DNA of 64,000 bases from Octopus sinensis (lineage: Eukaryota): positions 79,422,001 through 79,486,000 of the forward strand of contig NC_043003.1 in the NCBI RefSeq assembly GCF_006345805.1, in the 5' to 3' direction. The notes under the pieces were generated by a model. That model made no database searches and was not told where the DNA came from. It saw only the letters and a program-made list of their open reading frames with translations. Below are positions 39,025-52,197 of the stretch, one piece after another. Both the position numbers and the translations under genes were made by a program. How positions within the stretch are numbered: position 1 is the first letter of the stretch; every line of letters starts with the position of its first letter.

Positions 39025-39412
39025 CTAGCAGTATCGCCCGGCGTTGCTCGGGTTTGTAAGGGAAATAACTATATAAGCATTTTTAGAGAGGTATAGCCAA
39101 AAAATGCATAAAAAATGGGAAAAAAATGATGGTAAATTTTTTTTTTAATCGTTGACTCATCGTAGACACTTTTAGAGAGTTTCTTCCCTTATATAATAGC
39201 GAAAACAATGCATTAAAATGGAAAAAAATTATGGTAAATTTTTTTTTAAATCGTAGACTCATCGTAGACGCGCGCTAATACCCAGAAGGGCTCGATATGA
39301 ATCACGACTATAAGATACCCGGTTTTGGTTAAACTGCACCGCAAAATGTGGGAGTAGTTAGGAATCTAAATCGTAGGAGACAGACACACAACTTCACTTT
39401 TATATATAAAGA
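39025..39412 (-). mobile_element. Non-autonomous Helitron, complete
   Basis: Minus strand starts A|TCTTTATATATAAAAG and ends with hairpin CCCGAGCAACGCCGGG then CTAG|T; no TSD. Confidence 0.88.
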
Positions 39413-40125
39413 TATTTCCTTGGCTATTTGATTTGTTGCTTGCTTCAGTCACTAGATTACCGTCATGTCGGAGCACTGTCTCGAAGGTTTTTAGTCGAAC
39501 AGATCGCTTCTAGTTCTTATTTTCTGAAGTCTGGTTCTCGTTCAAACCGCTAAGTTACGGGAGGAGGTAAACAAACCATAGCCGGTTGTCAAGCGGGGTT
39601 ACGATGACAAAAAGGCACAAAAACACATACATACACACATATGGAGAGAGAGAGAGAGCGGGGGGAGAAAGAGAGATAATCACTTCTATTCAAAGTTTAA
39701 CCACTTCTTGTTAGACGTGCTTTTTTCTGTGTATGTGTACTTAAGTGGTTTTTGAGTTCCGAGATCTGTTTGAAATTTGCATTACAGCGCTAATACATCT
39801 TACTTCAAATGACAGTGTTATTTGTCTTGTCTGGTTATGAGTGCTGGAATTGTTTACACCAGGTACAGAGTTTTAGACAGAGCAGGAATCTTATCAAAAT
39901 TATACTATATTGGTTTTCTAGTCAGCTGAGGTAGACTGACCATTTGTGACCATTTAAAACATATGGGGGATGAGCGCATCCCTAAGCAGGTTTTATCTTG
40001 GTGATTATCGGCTGGGAAGAGAAAACAATGCAAACCAAAACAATGGTATATATATGTAACTACATGTGGATCGTTGGTGAATTTTTCCTCTGTCTTCCTT
40101 TTCTCCTGGACTTTCCTATGTCTCC

Positions 40126-40160
40126 TTTTTCGAAAGAAGAGCTTTGCTCGAAACGTAAAG
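40126..40160 (+). ncRNA. Degenerate minimal hammerhead ribozyme motif (family X)
   Basis: TCGAAAGAA-GAGC-TTT-GCTC-GAAA-CGT-A; the core is damaged relative to the homologous 50764 copy. Confidence 0.55.
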
Positions 40161-40282
40161 ATACTTTTCTTTCTTTCCCTGAGCGTCTGCTAATACTTTT
40201 CATGTAGCACATCCACGCATCGCTGAAATCTACAAGTGTTTTTTCATTCTCTCTCTCTCTCTCTCTTTATTTTCTCTTATTC

Positions 40283-40318
40283 CTTTCTGTTGAAGAGCAT
40301 AGGCTCGAAACGTAAAAG
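40283..40318 (+). ncRNA. Minimal hammerhead ribozyme motif, CUGUUGA variant (family Y)
   Basis: CTTT-CTGTTGAA-GAGC-ATAG-GCTC-GAAA-CGT-A-AAAG: helix I CTTT/AAAG, helix II GAGC/GCTC, palindromic helix III ACGT. Confidence 0.68.
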
Positions 40319-40424
40319 ATTCTTTTCATTTTCCCGAGCGCCAAACTAACACACTTGCTTGTTGTTCGTACACCTGTTTTTTTTGCTTTCCTGTACATTT
40401 CAATATATATATATAATAATATAT

Positions 40425-40461
<37 letters not shown>

Positions 40462-40711
40462 TATAATATATATATGAGTAAATATATGGCACAACGAAGT
40501 ACCGATATTTACTGGAAATAGCGAACGTATTTTTGCTAGTACATACGCGGTGAGCTATACATTAGCGTCGTATTATTACGTTCGCTATTTCCAGTAAATA
40601 TCGGTACTTCGTTGTGCCATATTTTACTTCTATGTATATTTTTCCCTCACGGGCTATTCTTTACTGGAAAGCAATACTCTAGTATTGCATTACTAATTTA
40701 TATATATTATA

Positions 40712-40824
<113 letters not shown>

Positions 40825-41305
40825 TTTATTGTTTCACTCATAAGACTGTAGCCATGGTGGGGGTCACCGCCTTGGAGAAGTTTAGCCGATAGAATTGACC
40901 CCAGTACTTCTTATTCTCTCGGTTCTTTTTGCACACTATCACCGATTGTCAAGCGGTGGTGGGGGGATAAACACAGTCTCACACACACGCACACATACAC
41001 ACATGACGGGCTTCTTTCAGTCCCTGAGTACGAAATTCACTCAGGGCTTTGTTCGGCCCGAGGCTACATTAGAAGACACTTGCCCAATGTGCCACGCAGT
41101 GGGACTTAACCCAGAACCATGTGCCTGGATAAACAAATTTCTTATCAAGCAGCCACGCCAGGCTTTATACGCAGTTTCGATCTATCGAATTCATTCAAAG
41201 CGTAGGTCAGCTCGGGGCTATAGAAGAAGACACTTACCAAAGGTGCCGCGCAGTAGGACTGAACCCGAAACCCAATCATTGCCAAACGAGCTTCTTAATC
41301 ACACA

Positions 41306-41556
41306 GTAGCGGCAGACGAAATACCTATTTCTTTACTACCCACAAGGGGCTAAACACAGAGAGGACAAACAAGGATAGACAAACGGATTAAGTCGATTAT
41401 ATCGACCCCAGTGCGTAACTGGTACTTATTTTATCGACCCCGAAAGGATGAAAGGTAAAGTCGAACTCGGCGGAATTTGAACTCAGAACGTAGCGGCAGA
41501 CGAAATACCGCTGAGCATTTTGCTAGGCGTGCTAACGTTTCTGCCAGCTCGCCGCC
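41306..41556 (-). mobile_element. SINE family B plus ~20 nt of a second unit
   Basis: Contains the same GACGAAATACCTATTTC junction as the 32.3-33.0 kb concatemer. Confidence 0.9.
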
Positions 41557-42028
41557 TTTTTCTATAGCAATAATGATACATACTAATATCATTTCCGAAA
41601 CCCTTTAGCCAAACATTTTAATTCGACCTGCTTTCAAACATCGCGGCAGTTCAACACCCACATATTGGTAAATGCAGATAACAATCTAATTTTCATTCTC
41701 GGCTCTTCCACTTTCGCAGGTCCATGGGAATATAACAGCATTAACGTCTCTGACCTAGGAGTGCCTGGAAAAGCTACGCGTACTGGCCCTTTCCTCGATA
41801 TCCAGTAAATAATGATAAAACAGTTTTTGACGAAGTTTTGGAATAACTGTCTCACAATGTCATATATCTCATGGGAAAGGAAAAGCTATTTTTTCTTCTT
41901 TTTTTCCTTTCATTTTACTCATGCGTTTCATACAACGGAAATTACGATGCTGCGGCAAACAATCCCAAAATTTCAGTCCTTTGCATTTTGCCCTCCTCCT
42001 ATATATATATATTTATATATATATTTGT

Positions 42029-42068
<40 letters not shown>

Positions 42069-42507
42069 AGCTTTGAAACTCCGATACTCAAGCATTCAGC
42101 TATGAGTGTCTTGTATCTTATAACGGAAACAGATGTAAGTTAATAAAATTCGTTACATAATTTCTTGTTCCCTTGCCATTCATTTAATTTCTCGTATACA
42201 TATTTACACACATACGCACATGTACATACATATACATACATATATACATACACACACATGTCTGTCTGTCTGTCTGTCTGTCTATTTATCTATAGAGATA
42301 GATATAAAATTTAAGGAATGGAGTAGATAAAACCCAGGCTACATATGTTTTCTAGCTAGCAGGATATCGAAAGTAGTAGTTACCAAAATGCGGGGTAATC
42401 AGCTAGCTACTCGCCAGGCCAGAGATACTTTAATCAAATGAAGGTTACACCTTGATCCTTGGATCTTACCTTTACACAACACACACACATATACATGCAT
42501 ATCCAGA

Positions 42508-42605
<98 letters not shown>

Positions 42606-43926
42606 GCGGACTGATGGAGCTCTTTACCTACAGTGAGGGCAATCCATCAAGGGGAATGAAAACTGATTCCAAACCTGCCTTGCAGTGAAATCCAACCACG
42701 AGGAAGGCTTCGAGGGTAAACCTCGAGGAAAGAAAGCAGGAGTCAGAGCCTCTAGACAGTTGGACGTTGTTGGATCTCATTCTGGCAATTCCTGCAACGA
42801 TGCTGGAGTTGCCGGGACAGACTTGCTGGCAGAATTGTTAGCACGCCGGGCAAAATGCTCAGCGGGATTTCGTCTGCGTTACGTTGTGAGTTCAAATTCC
42901 GCCAGGGTCAACTTTTCCTTTCATCCTTCAGAGTCGATAAACTAAGTAGCGGTTACGCATTGGGTTAATTTAATCGACTAGCTCCCTCCCAACAAATTTC
43001 AAACCTTGTGCCTAAAAGGATTATGAGAGAGTAAGATTGCGTGGTAGAACTGAACGCTCGGATGCAATGGTTGATCAGGTGTCTGTTGGATCAAAGCTGG
43101 CTTTCTCTCTCTTTCTCCTTGTATGTTTGTCTCCCTCTCGAACGTTTCTAACACTTCACCTCATTCAATTCACGTAATTTGTTTTATTCTTACCTTGCGC
43201 GCGTAAGCGAAAGCAGGGTATTGTAATCAGTCATCTTACAAAATTACTGGAAAACGGTTGAACAGATTTTCACCAAATTTGGCAGAAATATTCACTGGGT
43301 GAGTGGCTCGAAATATTGAAAATTTGGTTTGATTATCTTCAAGCATACATAAATACATACATAGATATGCGACTCTGTGTGTGTGTGTGTGCGTGTGTGC
43401 GAGTGTGTGTGTGTGTGTATGTGTGTGTGTGTGCGTGTACAGTGATGGTTTTGAGGGTTTCGTTTATTTACGAGTTGATTTCGTAATTTTACCGGAAATA
43501 CCTATAATGGCGATACTTCAAAAAAAAAAAAAGAAAGAAAAAATTTAAAGGAAATCGAACTTACAAATTTCCCAATAAGCAAGTGATCATATTATTTATA
43601 TTCTACAATGAACTACAGTACGTTTGATTCACCTACCATCATTGAAAGACGTTGAAAACACTTAAATTCTATGCAATATTTTTGTTCACTTTCTTTTTCA
43701 AATGAATCGACCCTCGTCTGCGTGTATAGGTCATGGTGTATCTAGGCGCCTAGACACACGTAGATACATACATACACACATACGTAAATACATACATGGA
43801 TATGCGACTGTGTGTGTGTGTGCGTGTGTGTTGTGTGTGTGTGTGTGTGTGTGTGCGTGTGAACAGTGATAGATTCAAGGGTTTCGTTTATTTACGAGTT
43901 GCTTTCACCGTAGTATAAATACGTAT

Positions 43927-44176
43927 ACTCTTTTACTCTTTTACTTGTTTCAATCATTTGACTGCGGCCATGCTGGAGCACCGCCTTTAGTCGAGCAAAT
44001 CGACACTGGGACTTATTCTTCGTAAGCCTAGTATTTATTCTATCGGTCTCTTTTGCCGAACCGCTAAGTTACGGGGGATTTAAACACACCAGCATCGGTT
44101 GTCAAGCAATGCTAGGCGGACAAACACAGACACGCAAACACACACACACACACACACACCACACACACACACACAC

Positions 44177-44233
<57 letters not shown>

Positions 44234-44396
44234 GACAGGCTTCTTTCAGTTTCCGCCTACCAAATACACTCACAAGGCTTTGGTCGGCCCGAGGCTATAG
44301 TAGAAGACGCTTGCCCAAGATGCTACGCAGTGGGACTGAACCCGGAACCATATGGTTGGTAAGCAAGCTACTTACCACACAGCCACTCTTGCGCCT
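43927..44396 (-). mobile_element. SINE family A
   Basis: Full length. Confidence 0.9.
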
Positions 44397-44462
44397 ATAT
44401 AGGTGAAACTTTAAAAAAAAAAGAAATTAATTCAGTTCAATTAAAACGCATGGGTAAGCAAC

Positions 44463-44687
44463 GCATTCTGTGCCGTATGAATATGTCCCTCGTTTAAGAA
44501 ACAGATTGGGTTTATTTACATTGGTGAAGAAAAAAAGATACCCTTCCACCCACCCCTAACCCTAACCCTAACTAACTCCAACCCTAAAACAGATTGAAAT
44601 GCATAGATCGATACTAGGGTCAAAATTATGGGTGACAATTTCATATGACGCCGCTAGAAAAAACTGCCGTTCAAACCGAAAAGATCC
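44463..44687. mobile_element. Partial copy of the 33928-34331 MITE
   Basis: Reverse-complement match including the TIR CTGCCGTTCAAACCGAAAAGATCC; contains (CCCTAA)n. Confidence 0.8.
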
Positions 44688-44994
44688 AAAGGAAGTTCAC
44701 AGTCATTTGGTAATCCACAATTCCAATATTATTCAAAAGTATCTAACGATAAATGGATCCACAAGCATGGCGTAAATACAGGGTTATAATCCGAGCTTTA
44801 CCTTCATGAAGTACAACTGTGTATTCCGGCTATCGCTCGTATGGATGTAGATGTTTTATTTTTCATGAGAAAACTATACATACAAGTATGTATTAAAACA
44901 AAGACTGGAAATTATGACAAAAATTAAAAATAAATTCTTGTCTTTGTTTGACCTACCTTCCTACACACACACATATATAGATACATACATATTT

Positions 44995-45378
44995 GGAAGC
45001 ACTCCGTCGGTTACGACGACGAGGGTTCCGGTTGATCCGAATCAACGGAACAGCCTGCTCGTGAAATTAACGTGTAAGTGGCTGAGCACTCCACAGACAT
45101 GTGTACCCTTAAAGTAGTTCTCGGGGATATTCAGCGTGACACAGAAAGTGACAAGGCCGGCCCTTTGAAATACAGGTACAAAAGAAACAGGAAGTAAGAG
45201 TGAGAGAAAGTTGTGGTGAAAGAGTACAGCAGGGATCACCACCATCCCCTCTGCCGGAGCCTCGTGGAGCTTTAGGTGTTTTCGCTCAATAAACACTCAC
45301 AACGCCCGGTCTGGGAATCGAAACCGCGATCCTATGACCGCGAGTCCGCTGCCCTAACCACTGGGCCATTGCGCCTCC
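44995..45378 (-). mobile_element. SINE family C (tail type 3)
   Basis: Head and core match the 16.8-17.0 kb copy; the 3' ~190 bp is different and ends CCCTCGTCGTCGTAACCGACGGAGTGC. Confidence 0.82.
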
Positions 45379-45401
45379 ATACATACATATATATCATATA
45401 T

Positions 45402-45668
45402 ATCACCAAGCATAGATTGGCATATTTCGGTCATATTATGCGGAGAAAATCCCTGGAGAAGGACATCATGCTCGGAATGGTCAGTGGCAAGAGAGGAAGA
45501 GGCCGACCAAGAACCCGCTGGCTTGACACCATCAAGAGTGATACCGGAATGGACATAGCCAATGTGAAAGAAGCGGCCCAGGATAGAACTGACTGGAGGA
45601 CACTGATCCAACGAGTAACCGAGAGTCGACTTCGACCGAGCGGATAGATAGATAGATAGATAGATATA
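45402..45668 (+). mobile_element. RTE/BovB-like LINE 3' end with (GATA)n tail
   Basis: [54 protein letters not shown]. Confidence 0.9.
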
Positions 45669-45721
45669 TCATGTATATATACATACATACATACATACAT
45701 ATATACACAAACTCCCCCACA

Positions 45722-45789
<68 letters not shown>

Positions 45790-45790
45790 C

Positions 45791-45842
<52 letters not shown>

Positions 45843-46503
45843 CACACATACATACATATATGATACATACATACATACATACATACATACATCTACTACA
45901 CATGTGGAAAATTCTGTCTGTAGGTGTGTTTGTAGAGTTGTTAGGTAACTCCTCCTACATCGTTTCATCAATTTTGATGAAACTTGACAAGTGACTAGAA
46001 CTCATGTCTGGAAACCTCATGGCATCTTCAGATTTCTTTTATTCTTCTACTTGTTTCAGTCATTTGACTGCAGCAATGCTGGAGCACCATGTTTAGTCGA
46101 ACAAGTCGACTCCAGGACTTATTCTTTGTAAGCCTAGGACTCATAGCGACGTATAACTGGCCGTGTGTAAACATCGGAGTGGGTAAAAATACACCTATAC
46201 GATCTAAAGTCTGGTCCTGTGCCTTGTTTGCTATGAATGCGCGAACGGATTCTTTAGGAATCTGTCTATCTACGATGGGAAATAAAGGGATAGTATCGCA
46301 AATGCAAACCCTCCAAATTCACGAACTATACGGGGAAGGAGGGTCGATCTAGAGTTAATCCTTGTCGGCAGAATTAAAAAAAAAATCGATGGTGATTTAC
46401 TAATACAAAATTCAATATCGGTAATTGTTCATACAGTGATTAAAGATGAGCCAAAGCCATCATAATCATTCCTTAATAAAACTATCCTAAACTAAAACTT
46501 TCG

Positions 46504-46674
46504 TAGGAGTGGCTGTGTGCTAAGTAGCTTGCTTACCAACCACATGGTTCCGAGTTCAGTCCCACTGCGTGGCAACTTGGGTAAGTGTCTTCTACTATAG
46601 CCTCGGGCCGACGAAAGCTTTGTGAGTGGATTTGGTAGAAGGAAACTGAAAGAAGCTCGTCGTATATATGTATG

Positions 46675-46750
<76 letters not shown>

Positions 46751-46870
46751 GTGTGTATGTTTCTGTGTTTGCCCTTCCCCACCCGCCAGCATCGCTTGAC
46801 AACCGATGCTGGTGTATTTACGTCCCCGTAACTTAGCGGTTTGGCAAAAGAGACCGATAGAATAAGTACT
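46504..46870 (+). mobile_element. SINE family A (3'-truncated)
   Basis: Head to GAATAAGTACT; abuts the Tc1 element. Confidence 0.88.
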
Positions 46871-46886
46871 GTTTAACTGTTTAATC

Positions 46887-47965
46887 ATGCCACGTACAGA
46901 AGAAGCCTTGGAACTATCCAAATTTCTGAAGGTAGACTTAGTCAACGTAAAATCGCAGAAAACCTTGGGATCCCACTGACTACAGTTAATAGGGTGATTG
47001 TGCAATTCACAAGAAAGAGAAAGGAGTCCACATCACCTTGCCTAGGTCGACCAGGGCAACTCTGACAGGTTCTCCTGTTTTATTAAGTGAAATGTGGAGG
47101 ATAATCCTCGCTGCAAGGCCTCTGACATAGCAGAACAAGATGATGTCAGTCTCAGAATAGCTGTCAGGTTTCTCCACAAACTTGGCTACTGTAGCAGAGC
47201 AACGGAAGCCACTTCTTCAACCAGCCAATATCAAGTGGGGGAAATATTGGGCCAGTGAGATGATGGAGTGCCCAGTGGCATTTTGGGACACTATCATATT
47301 CTCTGATGAGTCAGGATTTGCTGTATTTTCTGACAGTAGTCGCGTGTGGCTCCGGAGACACTGTGATCAAGAATTTGACATGAAAAGATTACTGCCAACA
47401 ATGAAACAAGGCAGCTATTCTGTGGTGGTCTGGGGAGAAATTTGGATTAATGGTCAATCAGAGATGGTGGAATTTGATGGAAACATAAACTCAAATAAAT
47501 ATGTGTCCATATTGCAGAAAGCACTCCTTCCAATCATCTCCAATGGTGAAATGATTAAAGACAACTCTTTATTTATGGAAGATGGGGCTCCTTGTCCCAC
47601 GGCTATAAAGACCTAAGATTTGTTGGAAAAGAATGGCATTAAAAACTTCCATGGCTAAGTCAGTCACCAGGTATGAACCCTATTGAATATCTCTGAGGCA
47701 TAATGGACAGGACACTTCGTAAAAAGAACAAGAAAGCACCTTTAAAGCCAGATCATTTGAGGTTACTGCATGACACTTGGCAAGAAATTCCTATAGAGAA
47801 TATTTGTCATCTGATCAGTAGCATGCCTTATAGAATCCTTGCATTGAAAAATGCAAAGGACATGTCTACTAAATATTAGATATTCACATTATAATAATTA
47901 ATAATTTCAGATTTAAACAAATCTTAACAATTATAAGGGTATCTATTACTTCTGTCATGCCTGTG
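46887..47965 (+). pseudogene. Tc1-family DDE transposase pseudogene
   Basis: [53 protein letters not shown]; several stops and frameshifts. Confidence 0.9.
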
Positions 47966-47974
47966 CGCGCGTCC

Positions 47975-48031
<57 letters not shown>

Positions 48032-48229
48032 GTACACGCAAACATGCACACATGTACATATTTATATATAGTAGCTTAGTACCGGGTGAAACGCCTAGGC
48101 AATAGAATTTCACATAGGAATAACTAAACACGTTTTATTAAATTATATCAGATAATTTTGCTAATAATTGGCCCCCTTTAGTAACTTGATCCTGGTTCAT
48201 GTTATGCAGAAATGCGTCAATCTAATAAA

Positions 48230-50430
48230 GCCCCTTGTTAAGCCATATGTTCTGTCTGGTTATTTGAAACTTCGATAATTAATATTTCAACACTTCCTCT
48301 TTCGGAAGCTGTAACATGTTGCTCACCAGAGATTGATTTAAAAATCTGATCTTGTGCCTTATCTATAGTCAAAGCAAAACATGGTTTGCATGGAAAATGG
48401 AGACACCTAAATTTGATGTGGATCTCAGTGTCTGAAGGTGCCAATGAAAAACAATTCTTGGTAAGTGGACAGTAACAGTTTTGTAGGGACTGGTGAAGAT
48501 AATCCTTTCTACTATAGGCACAAGGCATGAAATTTGAGGGGAGAGAGCAAATCGGTTATATCCTTCCCAATGCTCAATTGGTAGTTATCTCATCGACCCC
48601 GAAAGGCAAAACCGACGTTGGCGGAATTTGAACGTAAAGATAGACGAAATGTCGCGAAGAATTTTGCCAGGAGTGCTAACGATTCTTCCAGCTCGCCGCC
48701 TTACTTCTGGAAATAATAGTATCAATGACATTAGCATGGAACCGAGATACGTCGCACCGAATTCCATTCCCTACTTTCTGAGGGTTCATATGCGTCAGAA
48801 TCAAAACGGGGACCATAAACTTAAATTTCAAGATGCGAAATGGTTTTCCTGAGAACTTATTTGAGTTTATGGGTTCTACTGGATAGGTTACAGCATCTTT
48901 ATCCCTGGCAACAGTATCCACGGGCTGGTAGGTTCTCTATTTACCTGTAAATTCTCCCAACAGATAATTGTCGAGCTGACTGACAGTGGTGTTTAAAGGA
49001 GACAATACTGCTCTTTTTGCCCAGATACTCAGACCTGATTCTATTGGGGCAATGCAAGGAAAGACCCAGATCTTTAAATCAATCGATTTGAACCTCTGAA
49101 TCCTCTACTTCCTTGATGAGCAATATGTTACAGCTTCCGAAACTGGGAGTTCCGAAGAATTAATTATCAAGGCTCCAAATAACCAGGCAAAACATATAGT
49201 CTAACAAGGGACTTTATCAGACTGATGCATTTCTGCATAACATAAATCAGATTGAAGTTACTAAAGGGGAATATAAATATAATGTCGGATTCTCTCACAG
49301 CGGACAACTGTCCATCGTCAATTTCTAGTCATAGCTTCGCAAAGTTTACGGCACTGTCTTCAAATGGTAGGTGAAGTGGTCAATTGTTTGATAATAACGT
49401 TACACCGTAGATAAGACGTTTTCAGGTTTTCACAGATGATATCGGATTTTGTTTCACCTTCTACCACTGGGAGAATCTATCTAAAGTCTCTACAGGGATG
49501 TGTGGGGATGTCTCCCATGGGTTTATTAATACTCAATATGTAATAAAAAGTGCGGTCCATTTCTTCATAAATTGACTTGTTCGTCAATGGTGCTTCATCA
49601 ACAACTATAAAAGCTGTATCTTTCATTGTCTAACTCTAGTTTAAACGACATTTTATATCACATATTGGCTGGTCTAGTAGGTAGGTGTCGAGTGGAATAC
49701 TGAATATGCTACGGATTGTTTGTCCTCCCCGAAACTATGACGCTGTGATATTCGAGAACGCTATACCTAGGGCAATTTTGTCCATTGAGTTAACATATTT
49801 AAGAACTGTGTTGACTACAAAGCTCTTTCCTGTGCGGCCAGGACCATTCAAGCACAGGATTTTACTATTGTCATAGTATCAATGCAGACACATCTCTTTA
49901 ACTGCATTGCAGACTTAACGCTGGTCCTATGTCTGTTAGATTTTGTTGGAGGACTTCTATTTCAATGTGGAGTTGTTCTTGGTTATAATCAAGCTCTCTT
50001 GCACATATTCTTGGGTATGGTTCATACACAAGTCTATACTATCAGAGTAAAACGTTCATCACATGTAGTGAACTGCCTTTCCCTATCATCAAAAGCATAT
50101 TTTCAAGAGATCACGGTTATAAATTTGATCAAGGTAGTTTACAAGTAGTTCATAAACCTACGATGTTACACCAGACAATCTAACTATTCCAAAATCCTCA
50201 ACGCAGCTTCAGAACTTCAAACATAACATCTAGTTTGAAACAACCTTATCTCGCCGACAGCATAATTATTACCATCAGCTCTTTGAAGTTCAATGGTTAC
50301 CTGATCACTCCCTGTAGTAACATATTTTGCGACGTATTTGACACTGTTAACCCTCATTTGGAGTTTCAGTGCCAAGAAGACGGAGCCCTTTTCACAAGCC
50401 TTACAGAGGGCATGCACTTATTCAAAAAAG
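48230..50430 (-). pseudogene. Helitron RepHel (Rep + PIF1 helicase) remnant
   Basis: SVKYVAKYVTTGSD (Rep region), LNGPGRTGKSF (Walker A), GGQTIRSIFSIPL, IVVDEAP (Walker B), DFR*ILPVV, FPCKPCFALTIDKAQDQ; heavily decayed, with a B-related SINE at about 48515-48702. Confidence 0.82.
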
Positions 50431-50611
50431 AAAATTATAAAAAATAAATTAATTACTTTATATGTATGAAATTATATATATTCTTGTAGCATATAGAATG
50501 AACTAAACAATCTTTTTTGTCATTCTACTTGTCTCTTAAGGGTTAAAAATCTCAACACAGATGACGCAGTCGAATTGGCGAATGAGGAATGGGCTGTAGG
50601 GTCCACTAATT

Positions 50612-50674
<63 letters not shown>

Positions 50675-50763
50675 AACACACACATACACATATCTAAATG
50701 TAACTACATGCGAATCGTTGGTGATTTTCTTCCTCTGTTTTCCTTTCTATTGGACTTTGCTCT

Positions 50764-50798
50764 GTTTCTGAAGAAGAGCGTTGCTCGAAACGTTAAAC
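50764..50798 (+). ncRNA. Minimal hammerhead ribozyme motif (family X)
   Basis: GTTT-CTGAAGAA-GAGC-GTT-GCTC-GAAA-CGT-T-AAAC. The host element (about 50697-50900) is homologous to 40055-40220. Confidence 0.72.
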
Positions 50799-51039
50799 CA
50801 CCTTTCTTGCCTTCACTGACCGTCTGCTAATACTTTACATGTACCACGTCCTGGCGTTGTTGCTTTTTTTGTGTTTGTTCTTTTTCTAGATTTACTATAC
50901 ACATACATGCATACATACATACAAAGACACACACACACACACACACACACATATATGTATATATGGAATGAAAGGGGCATTAAACTTGACACCAAAGTAC
51001 AGGTCTATAAAGCTGAATTCTAACCACTCTAACTACCTT

Positions 51040-51650
51040 CTTGAATAGCTCAGGATCGTGAATACCATATAGGTGGTAGATGTTTTCCAAAAATTCTGTC
51101 TTAGGACCATCTGCGGTTAAACACTAAAAGATTATTTCAAATGTTGACCTGCTTAGCAAGTGTAAGATTGGTGGAATCGAAAATCTTCTTATGCAGTCAC
51201 AACTGGGCTGGTCATTAGAATGACGAAAGAGTATCCAAAGTCCTCATGTACAGCCAGCTTGATAGTGGGCTCAAGAATGTTGGTTGACCATGGCTCAGGT
51301 ATGAAGACAAGGTAAAAGAATAACCTCTCAGAAGTCAATATAGCTCACAACACCTTAGAGCAAACAGCCTTGGAGCGAACAGAATGGAGATTGTCGTGAC
51401 AAAATGGTATAAGAGACTTTGTTTCAGCCAGCATTAACAGGCAAAGGGGGATGCAAGGCAAGGGAGAAAAGTAGTTACAAATATACGGCCTGCACTCACC
51501 CGTAATCCAACATAATTGCAACACTTGCAGGTTTCTTTGCAAATCGTTGGCGGGACTCAAATGTCGCATTCGACATAAGCGTTATGACTGACAAAGAAAG
51601 TGCAGGCTGTGGGATCCTCATACGTCAAAAGTAACAGGAGAGTCCACCAC
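51040..51650 (+). mobile_element. RTE-clade LINE C-terminal fragment (decayed)
   Basis: FCLRTICG..ISNVDLLSKC..IENLLMQSQL..KVLMYSQL..G*PWLRYEDK..ALERTEWR..CNTCRFLCKSLAGL (zinc-finger-like). Confidence 0.75.
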
Positions 51651-51683
51651 ACACACAGAATGTGTGTGAGTGTATGTGTTTGT

Positions 51684-51717
<34 letters not shown>

Positions 51718-51834
51718 ATAAATACACATACATACATTCAAACACAACATATGCATACGTAGCATGCTGACTACTTGATAAAAGTCATTAACGTGATTTT
51801 CAGGTTTATATTCTTTTATGAATTAATATATATA

Positions 51835-52099
51835 TATAATATAAGCGGGATCAGCCATCTGAATGTGGCTAGGGACAGGGCGGGGGTGGTGGGGGTGTTA
51901 CTGATGCATTTAGCCCCAGGCGACTATCGACGTCACCAGAAGAGCCGACACCATCACGGTGTCGCTAGCAAGGACACCGTGATGGTGTCGGCTCTTCTGG
52001 TGACGTCGATAGTCGCCTGGGGCTAAATGCATCAGTAACCCCCCACCACCCCGCCCTGTCCCTAGCCACATTCAGATGGCTGATCCCGCTTATATTATA
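51835..52099. repeat. 265-bp near-perfect palindrome (foldback element)
   Basis: Arms 51835-51963 and 51973-52099 around the spacer GCTAGCAAG; differences only around G/C runs. Confidence 0.95.
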
Positions 52100-52166
52100 G
52101 AGCAGTTACTGTTTACACCTCGCTCAGAGATTTATTATTGTTATATATATATATATATATACATAC

Positions 52167-52197
<31 letters not shown>

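Noticed and set aside
47303-47312. CTGATGAG hammerhead-like box
   Set aside because: It is the coding sequence of the Tc1 FSDES motif; no helix II/GAAA partner.
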